Positions 46,151 to 55,067 of a stretch of DNA of 55,067 bases are shown here, piece after piece. The notes under the pieces are model-generated. The model had not been told where the DNA came from and searched no databases. It saw nothing but the letters and a program-made list of their open reading frames with translations. Position 1 is the stretch's first letter. Every line of letters begins with the position of its first letter. Position numbers and translations under genes: made by a program. This DNA is from Mesotaenium endlicherianum (Eukaryota): assembly GCA_009602735.1 (NCBI GenBank), contig WELA01003054.1, forward strand, positions 565,873 to 620,939. The letters run 5' to 3'.

Positions 46151-49100
46151 ATGGCTGGTGGTATTGCCATTTCTTCTGGAGCTACACATGCAGCACAGTA
46201 CAAGGGAAGGCTAACCATCAACGTGATTTGGGCATGTATCGTGGCGGCAAGCGGTGGCTTGCTATTCGGCTACGACATCGGAGTTACGGGTACGTGGTGC
46301 TTCCCTGTACTTTATTGGACATTTGGAGACTTTACGGATGATATTTGCCTTTATTGTTCTCCTTATGCAACCATGACCTGATTATCAAGTAGTTTGTTGC
46401 AGAAGCATATACTTGAGCTTTACTGTATATTCAAATCTGATTCAGAAGTGTATTGATGAGGGTACAAGCTTTCTCTTAATTCATTTTCGAATAGAACTCT
46501 TATGCGTTATCATGTGGCTTATTGTGTACAGGAGGGGTTACCAGTATGCCTGACTTCATGAAGAAAATGTTTCCGCACTTGCTTCATGAACATGAGGCAC
46601 ACGCGGCCAAGAATGCTTGGTGCGCTTTTGATGATCAGCTGCTCCAACTGTTCACGTCAAGTTTATTTATTGCCGGCCTTTTTGGAGGCCTTATAGCATC
46701 ATGCACAACATCCCGCTGGGGCCGAGTCCGGACAATGCTAATGTCGGGGTGCTTCTTCCTTGCTGGCGCCATACTGACTGCCACAGCGCCCGTGCTAGCA
46801 TTGCTTGTCTTGGGAAGAATCTTCCTTGGATTGGGGGTTGGCTTTGCCAATCAGGTGCGTGATCAAGTTTCCAAGTCCTCAAGCATGTGCATGTGCATTT
46901 GCTGTTAAGTGTAGGCCCATTGTTTTTGGATGAAATGTGCAGAACATATTTGCCCATGAAGCTTAAAGGCTAACGCATGGGTGTACGCTTCACACATCAT
47001 GTCTAGCTTGTCACATATAGTGTCTCCAGCTCTTTGTTGATGACCGCCCCTTGCCCAAATTCAGGTTGTAAATTTTTTTCCCATGCAGGTACACAGTAAT
47101 ATTATAGATTTACCAGTTCACAATAGAGAAAATTATGCTCAGCCTATACATCTGATCTCATTTTTTTTCTCAATGTGTGTGTTGTGGAGGGGTGGATTGT
47201 TCACGGGCATCCAATGGAATGGCGCTCCTCTGCAGGCGGTCCCCCTGTACCTGTCTGAGATGGCACCGGCCTCCTACCGCGGTGCCCTAAACCAGGCTTT
47301 CCAAATGGCCACCACGATTGGCATTTTGGTGGCCCAGTTGATCAACTACGGCACCCAGCACCTCCACCCCTGGGGCTGGAGACTGTCTCTGGCCGGTGCC
47401 GGCGTGCCCGCTGCCATCCTCTTCATTGGCGGCATCTTCCTCCCCGAAACTCCCAATAGCTTGATTGAGCGCGGCCTCCTAGAGAAGGGCAAGGCAACAC
47501 TTGTCAACATTAGAGGCGTTGCTGAAATTGAGGTGGGTTTTCTTATCTCCAATCTCTCTCAAATGTCATGTGGAGGAGGGCAGAGGAAGCACATGAATTT
47601 TGAGTGTGGCATCTGTGAGTGCGTTTTTGGCTGGCTGTGCAAGGCATGTGGACGGTGTGCGTGATAGGTTGCAACCGCGCGGCCATGATCTTCTTGTGGG
47701 TCTTGTGGCTGCATCTTGCAGTGCCTTGTCATGCCCTGACCTGCTACAAGTGTGTTGACTATAAATGCAGCTGTAGATCTTAATTGTAGTCAAGGCATGG
47801 CAGCTTTATGCCTGAGTGAGCTATGTTGCTCTTTGATGCTATACCCGGTTGTAATTTCACAGTTTGGTGCTTTACTGTTTTGATGCTATACCCAGATGTA
47901 ATGTGACTGTTGATGCTATACCCAATTGTTGTCACCTCCAGGTGATGTGCAATAATATTGACTCGAGTTGACAATGCGTGCAGGTGGAGGTGGAGTACGA
48001 GGACATGCTGTCGGCCAGCCAGAGGGCTGCCGAGGTCCGCAACCCCTTTGCCAACATCCTCAAGCGCGAGAACCGCCCCGAGCTCTTCTTTGCAGTCGCC
48101 ATCCCCCTCTTCCAGCAGCTGACTGGCATAAATGCGATTATGTTTTACGTCGCCCCGTTATTCAACACGCTCGGCTTTGGGGAGAGCGCCGCGCTCTACT
48201 CTGCCGTGATCACGGGCAGCGTGAACGTGGCGGCGACACTTGTCTCCATCTTCAGCGTGGACAAGTTTGGGCGGAGGTGGCTGTTCATGGTGGGCGGCGT
48301 GCAGATGATCATCATGCAGGTGAGACTCGTGCAATCATAATCTGGACCAAGCGCTTGGCTTGCTGATGATGCTCACTCATCCTGTATGCGTTGCAGCGCC
48401 TGCAGCCTTGCCCAGTTCTTTTGCACTGCTTGCATTGAAATGTTGTGGACTTGTGCCCTGTGCAGGTTACCATTGGTGTCGTTCTCAAGCAGGCGTTTGG
48501 CAACGGGGAGAAGCAGCTCAGCAGCGGCATCTCGGCCCTGGTGGTTGTGTGCATCTGCATCTACGTGGCCGGATTCGCGTGGTCCTGGGGCCCTCTGGGG
48601 TGGCTCGTGCCCTCGGAGATCCAGCCCCTCGAGACCCGCTCGGCCGGCCAGTCGCTCACAGTGGCGACCAACTTCCTCTTCACCTTCGTGATAGGCCAGG
48701 CCTTCCTGACCATGCTCTGCAAAATGCAGTGAGTGCATCCTGCCCCTCTCGCCCCACTCTCCATCCTGCTCCTCTTGCATCTCTATCTCCCTCTCAGTGC
48801 TTGTGCGCAGAGCAAGTCATGCACGTGTTGTGTGCTCTTTTGTCTTGTTTCTTTTTGTGCCCCCCTTGCAACAAGTCCCTGTCGCTCTCTCACATGTCGC
48901 TCTCTCAAAGGCCAGTGCTCTGATCGTAGGGGGGGGGGGATCATGGCATCAATGTGTGACGACAACAGGTACGGGATATTCCTCTTCTTCGGCGCCTGCG
49001 TGGTGGTCATGACAGTTGTCATCTACTTTCTCCTGCCGGAGACGAGCGGCGTGCCCCTGGAGGAGATGGCGAGCATCTGGCGCGCGCACTGGTATTGGAA

Positions 49101-49203
49101 GAGGTACGCGGCGGACGCCAAGAGCGCCGCGGCCGACACCGATGTAGAGATGAGGCGCGCAGCCGCAGCTGCTGCTCCCACCCACGGAATCACTGCCCAG
49201 TAG
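46151..49203 (+). CDS. STP: Sugar transport protein (STP/HUP-type MFS hexose:H+ symporter), 530 aa
   Basis: Exons 46151-46289, 46532-46854, 47236-47532, 47984-48319, 48466-48728, 48969-49203 sum to 1593 nt, open from ATG to TAG. Motifs: MAGG, GGLLFGYDIG, LQLFTSSL, GVGFANQAVPLYLSEMAP, WGWRLSL, PETPNSLIERG, FQQLTGINAIMFY, AWSWGPLGWLVPSEI, LPET.GVP.EEM. Confidence 0.97.
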
Positions 49204-50673
49204 GAGGCTGTTTGGAGTTAGCTGCCGTGAAGGCTGTGATGGCAGCATCATCAGAGGCTAGGCTAGGAGGCTAGGCTGGTGTTTTTGTTTGAAAATGGTT
49301 TCTGATTTTGGAACTCTCAATGAGAGGTGGAGGGAGGCTGGAGCGCCAGGCGCTTGGACGGCGTGCAAGTGCCACCTGTCGCAGGAAGATGCCTCTCCTC
49401 TTTGGTAGTCAGCATGTCCTCTTAAGATTTCTTGTCGTGGTCACGGTGGTGCCAGGCAGGTAGTCTGTCTCTGACAGTACGTTCAGTCAGAAGGTGTAGA
49501 AGCTTCCATAGAATAGGAGGTGTAGGAGTGGTGCCGTCCTTCATTGTAGAGGATGAATCTTTGAAGGTGTTTTTTGAGGTTTTCAAAGAAGGTTAAGGAG
49601 GTGTAGGGGTGTTCATTTAAGACAGGATGATGAGTATTTAAGTAGGAATAGGATGTAGTCTTTCTTTCCAGTACAGAAATGTTTGTAAGACTTCTTCTTT
49701 ATTAACAAACAAAATATCTAAATTTCAAACCCGAAGGGTCTCAACTCTACTGAGTCCCCTTTTCCTGTATTGACTGAGCTGGTGCACCCTTGTTGCAACC
49801 TCCGACTTTGAGCCTGCCACCACCTGGCAAGCTGCCATGATGCTGGACAAGGTGCCAGCAGGACAACTTGCGAGCTGGAAGACCCGCCAGCTGGCGCCTG
49901 CTTGCATCACCTGTCCACCAGCACATACGCTTACGTGCAGGTCTGCCAAGTTTCTCGTCAGTTGGCCGTACAAGCATCTAAGCAAACCGGCGAGCTGACT
50001 CCTGGCGGCCCACGTCCACACACACCAGTAAGTGTACCTGGCCCGTGTATGATCATTGATGCCAGCTGGCGCACCCCTAGGAGGGTCCAGCCTTGGACTG
50101 CCGAACAATTCTGCCTTGTCACAGCTTGTCAATAACATATCTGTTTGGCAGCGCCCCTGTTTGGGATGGAGATATTAACGGTTTAACCTGCCCCTAGTGT
50201 GCATCCATTAGAAATTTTTCAGCATGCAATGTCCACCTGTCGAGCCCAGCTGGCACCTTACCACCACCAACGTGTGTATCCTCTCGCAGGCGTCGATGTG
50301 TTCCCTTGGCAGGCTTATTAACAAGCCAGCAAGGCGACAGCTGGCGCACGTCATCGGCCATCTGGTATGATATTTCACAACCTGCCTCCTAGCGGTTGAC
50401 CTGCTAGAAGTCAAAGCGAGTGCTAAATCGTAGCCCAGAACCCTAACCCCCAACCCTAATCAGGAAGCCCAACAAGAGCCCCTAGCCTTTTACCCTAAAT
50501 TGTTCATCTTATGCCCTACAGGTGCCACCACACCCTTTCACTCTCCTGGCCTTATTGGATCCAGATTCTGGCCCTGGTTGTGCAGCACAAGCGACACCAC
50601 AAGGGGGTCAGAGCGCGACGACAGGAGATCGACGGGCCTTTTGTGTTGACGTGTAGAATAGGTGTAGCTGCAG

Positions 50674-51982
50674 GTAGGGCGCATGTTTGAGGAGGTGGAC
50701 TGTGTGAGAGAGGGCCGCAGTGGGGAGCTCTTTGCGCTGCTCTACGGGCACGACAACGGGCTGCCACCTGTCCCAGGTACGCCCGCGCAGGGGCCTGCAA
50801 GAACGCGTGCATGCACGCCTGCAACCTCAATATTTTTAGATGAAAAAGAAAGGGCTCATCGCTGTCCCGGTGACATGTGCGCGAGGAAACGAGCTGAGGC
50901 CAGCTGTATCGCGAAGCGAGGGCCTGCCTGCCTGTGCCGAGGTGGACCCGGGCGTAACTGTTGCCTCTCACTTGCCTGTTTGCTTACACATGCAAGCCAC
51001 CGTGCTTCCTGTGTCTCGCCTGTATGCTATGATGATTGATCTCCTTGCCCTAGGGCCTACTTCTCCGCACCCTTCTGGGAGCAGGTGATGGGAGAAGGGC
51101 TAAAGCCGTTTATGTGGGGCCCACTCCAATCGCAGCTCTTCCTTGCCACCCATCCATGTCCATCTGCAAAGGCCTCTTGCCGACTCCCGAGTAATGTTGC
51201 AATGAATGTGCAAGCAGCAGCTCCTGTTTTTTGTGACCGCTTGCTTGCAGAAGCACACACGTTCTCATGAACGCATGCACGGTCGCACGCACGCAATATG
51301 CTTGCTGCTTCTGTGCTTTTTCTTCTCGCTTCTCCTCCTGGAGCCCTCTCGCTTCACGTGTTGTTAGCATGCTCCCAGAGGCAAGAGGCGCACACTTGCC
51401 ATCTGCTCTTGCTTGCTCGCTCAAGCACAGGTCTCAGCTCAGCAGGGCGAAGAAACAATATGACGCTCGCTGCGAGTGTCTTGAGGGACGCAAGCAAGGG
51501 GGAGGGGGTGGGGGAGCGGAGGAGGGACAGAGAGGTCTCAAAATTGGGTGGGACGGGGACTTGTGCGACGGGTAAGGTAGTGCCAAGTGGAACTCTGCTC
51601 TCTGTCGCACTCTTGATGTCAGCTCTTTTAAAACAGCTCCAACTCCTCTTGGCCTCTAAAATCGACTAACCCTGAACACTAAACCCTGGATTTCAGAACC
51701 AGTTCATAATTTCTGAGATTGAGTTTCATGTTCCCCTTGATGCCAGCTTTTGTGGCAGCGAGGAGGTTGTAGCATTTTCATCACTTATTCCGGGGACCCT
51801 TAAGGGCAAAAGAGGGGGAGGCTCAGGCGCCACCCAGCTACACGACAGCTGGCTCTGAGCGTGCTCGGGGGCTGCTGGCAGGCAGGCAGGGGACCACCAG
51901 GCGCCAGGTGGCGCACAAGGGCGGCGTGAAGGTGCCGCGGATCTACTGGGCCCTCTCCACGCGCAGCGTGCTCAGCATGGAG
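50674..51982 (+). pseudogene. Two-exon fragment of an ABC1/UbiB atypical kinase (ABC1K)
   Basis: Exon 50674-50776 (VGRMFEEVDCVREGRSGELFALLY; compare MFEEIDY..E..NAERFA.LY) splices in phase 1 to 51882-51982 (...GVKVPRIYWALSTRSVLSME; compare VPKIYW..S...VLTME). Conserved residues are altered, the last donor is GC, and I found no flanking exons. Confidence 0.72.
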
Positions 51983-53855
51983 GCACGCGCGCTCTCCCCC
52001 TCCACTCCTCCGTACTCTGCTCTGCACTGCTGTACGTGCCCTTCCTCTGCTCCCCCTCTCACTCTGCCCTTCTCTCCTCTCCTCCTGCATCTCCCAGCAC
52101 CTTGTGGACGCACTCAGTTTGTGGAGCACATGCGTGAGGTGCTGGGGCTCTTGCGCTTGTGCGCAGCCATGTGCACAGCCAGCTCTCTGCACACCCCCCC
52201 TCTCTCCCTATGCTAGCATGTCCATCTACCTTCCTGCCGGATGGTGGTAGTTGGCCTCCAGGTGGCAACTGGTGCCAGGTGGAAGCCAGTGACGTTGTGT
52301 GTACGCATTGTACATTGTAACATCGTCAGAAAGCTGCAAGCTGCTGCCGGTGGCTGAGCTGGAGACCGCGTCTCTCTGCCACCTGGAGGTATCGCGCCAG
52401 GTTCATTGAGGCAACAGCGGGAGCTAGCAGCTTTGCAGAGGCGCTCCTCCTACCCGCGGAACATTGACACACGCTCAATGTCTTTGTCCTTCTCTGGAGA
52501 GAAGCAAGAACCCAAGCCCAGCTAGGGTTGTGTAAGGCAACCCGTCACATTCTTTTTTTTGGGGGGGTGAGACAATCAAAATTCTCAACTTGTTTGTGCA
52601 ACTCCTTTGCCTGGCATATTGCCCATATTGGTTTATAGTAGTGTTGCTTGATTATGAGAAACTCAATTATGAATGCCATACGGACACATGAGCGCTTTGA
52701 TTTCCTTGGCCAGTAAAGCGCGCGTCAGTTTGTGCAGCAAAGCATGCTTTGAGGAAGTTCTTGCAGTGGATTTCTGGATTGAATTTATGAGCTCAGGTGC
52801 GTGACAAGTGGAGACAAGTAGGAAAAAGCAAGCTAGGTGCAGCTAGACTCTCAAATGCTACATTGACTCTTCAGCACAAAGCACATGCGCAAAGCTTTAC
52901 ACGAGTGTCATCGCAGCAGCCAACTCTGCCAGAAGTCAAACGTCGGGGACATCAGTTATGTTGTCGGCCTTGCTTACCGTACATCTTACACTCTACAGCA
53001 AAGTGATGATCTTAAATTTCTTATTAGCATTACCGGTCATTACGTTCTCAGCTTTGAGGCCGGCCCTGAAACTTGGGCATGCCAAAGAGGGTCCTCCCTG
53101 CTGGCCGGAAGAAAGAGAATCATCGTCGCACTGGAATTTTGACCAGCGAACTTCGTTGCAAAGTCTGACATATCATGCACATAACAGTAGATACTTCAGA
53201 GCAAGTGCCTCCATATGCGAGAAATCTGATCATATTTCTGTGCGACGTAAAGCCAATCATTCCATGTCGGATGCACCAAGATACAAAGAGCATGGAGAAC
53301 TGGGCGTCAGGAAGTTTGCGCTGCACAGGGTCGGATAAGCTATACAGAGCCGCCAATATTCTATTGCAAGTGCATAGAGGTCAGGTGTCACACTTGAGCG
53401 CAACATGCCGAAAAAATTACGGCAGCAAGGCCAAGACAGCTGAAATTACAAACAGAGAATTCCAGAGCTGAACGCAACTCAAAGCCCAGGTCCCAGTGTG
53501 CGACCTGAATCCGGATGCTCTTGAGCCCTGCCACTGAGCCTAAAGCTTAAACACTTCACCCTAGAGCTAAACTGGAGGTGGAAGCTCTGCCTCAGACCTC
53601 TCTCGGGTCAGCAAAGCTTCAAGCGGCAGGTATGCGCCAGCTGGAAGTCAAGCAGCTTGCCGCAAGGCACATTTGAAAAGGAGGGCAGATTATCCGAGGC
53701 AGACGGCGGGAGGGGCCGCTACACTCTTCTTTGAAAGAACCAGAAGACGCGCGTTGACTCAAGCACACACCTGGCCCTCACCGGCACTAGTATGCTATAT
53801 ACACCAAGTATATCAAAAGTACTAACTGAGTCATGATAAAGAAACTTCCTAGGAT

Positions 53856-55046
53856 TCACAAGGCAAGCCGTGCAATCGATCGCCGGATGGCATCATCGAG
53901 GTACGCCATGGATATTAATATGGCCTCCTGGAAAGCGAAAAGACAACACACACCGTGAAAGAGAGCACAATGTTGGGCACTGAAGATGGCAGGGGTGGAC
54001 TACCTCTCTGAGATGAGAAGTCTGAAGAAGAAGGTGCATGGTATGTCCCACGACGCCGCTCGACGACGTCAACCAGGAACGACACACAAAGTTCAAGAAG
54101 TGGAGAAAGCATGGGAGGATAAGTGACGCCCAACCAACCAACGAGGCGTCGACTCTGACGAAAAGGACAAGCACCAGCGGCCCTCACCGCACAAGGTCAG
54201 CCCGGGGGCCACTCGGGGGCTGGGACGAGTAAATACAGGCAGGCTGAGAGCCGGGTTCTTGGCGGCTGGCTAGCTTGCAGCAATCTCACCTCGGTGCGGA
54301 TGGTGCGCGAGCCCTGGGAGGGGCACGTGTTGAGGTAGCGGTCGAACAGGCACCCCGCGTCCTTCACCTGCGCGCGTGCGTGGTGGCGCAGCCGACGCGC
54401 CCTTCAGAAAAAAAGATGTCCAAAGTTCTACAAGCCCCAGCACTCAAGCCAGCGGGGAGGGCACCAGCGCAAGCAGGGAACCAGAGCCAAGCAGGCAGCC
54501 CCAGTCCCTGCACAAGATCTCTGAAGGAGAGGAAGCTGAGGAGGAGGAGGAGGTGGAGGAGGAAAAGGAGGAGGAGGAGGGGGGCGGGGGAGAGTACAAG
54601 AGGTAGCAGCAGTACCTCGATGGAGTCATCCATTTCGGCGCTCTCCTCAATCCCCGCCAGGCCCCCAAACACCACCAGCAGGTGCCTGCGCTCGCAAGCA
54701 CGCTCGTTTGTGTCCCCGACCCCACCGCACACACACGACAAGTCAAAACGCTTGAGAGAGTTCAAGGGGTGGATTGTGCTCCGGTGCATGCCCCTCGTCG
54801 GGAGGAAAACGGCAAAAAAAGAAGACCACGGACAGATCGCAACATTGCTGAGTGCACACAGCAGGCGTGCACGCTTACCCAACAGCTGAGCGTCTCGCAC
54901 AGGCGACGCTCAAGACAATGGATACGCACGCGATATGCACCGGCCGCCACTCGGCATAGCACTCACTTGAAGGGCGGAATGACGAGGTCGGCGCCTCGCA
55001 CCTTCTCGCCGTGCTCCGACGTGCCCAGCGTGTAGTCGTAGCCCCC
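53856..55046 (-). CDS. SPOUT1: SPOUT-domain RNA methyltransferase (C9orf114/SPOUT1 family), 3' part
   Basis: Exons 55046-54967 (GGYDYTLGTSEHG), 54685-54616 (HLLVVFGGLAGIEES), 54367-54290 (LFDRYLNTCPSQGSRTIRTE), 53927-53856 (EAILISMAYL...*). The family signature NTCP.QGSRTIRTEEA is present and phases are consistent. Confidence 0.93.
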
Positions 55047-55067
55047 CTGAGCCCCCCCCCCCCAAAC

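Noticed and set aside
7081..47930. Short direct repeats (7081, 10102, 27048, 47833-47925) as CRISPR-like arrays
   Set aside because: Simple tandem repeats without unique spacers, in eukaryotic DNA with no cas genes.
8303..51982. Possible terpenoid/quinone gene cluster (FPS, ABC1K, transporter, methyltransferase)
   Set aside because: The genes are far apart and functionally unrelated, ABC1K is a fragment, and there is no terpene synthase or P450.
1..55067. tRNA, rRNA or snoRNA genes
   Set aside because: None recognisable by eye; covariance-model scans would be needed to exclude small ncRNAs.

Overview
Eukaryotic, intron-rich, microsatellite-rich genomic DNA from a draft assembly with several N gaps. 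The genes are plant-type (ZFWD-like WD40, FPS, PLATZ, STP) and have GC3-rich exons, which points to a streptophyte green alga or early-diverging plant; this assignment is inference. In order, the window holds: the 3' part of a ZFWD-like WD40 gene (+); a 211-aa orphan ORF with a C-terminal hydrophobic segment (-); a farnesyl diphosphate synthase gene (+) with one exon lost in a gap and a 1155-bp artefactual duplication; two full-length, disabled Ty1/copia elements of one family (-, TSDs ATATT and GACAG) flanking a divergent PLATZ-like gene (+); an unidentified multi-exon gene (-); two copies of an unrecognised 48-aa 8-Cys module (-); a complete STP/HUP-type hexose transporter (+, 530 aa); a two-exon ABC1-kinase fragment (+); and the 3' part of a SPOUT1/C9orf114 methyltransferase gene (-). 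I see no clearly new multi-gene system. The best leads are the 8-Cys module, introns with C-rich 5' ends and G-rich 3' ends lacking a polypyrimidine tract, and oddities of the copia family (gag starting inside the 5' LTR, and the same 5'/3' LTR mismatch in both copies). All homology calls come from motif recognition by eye, not from database searches.
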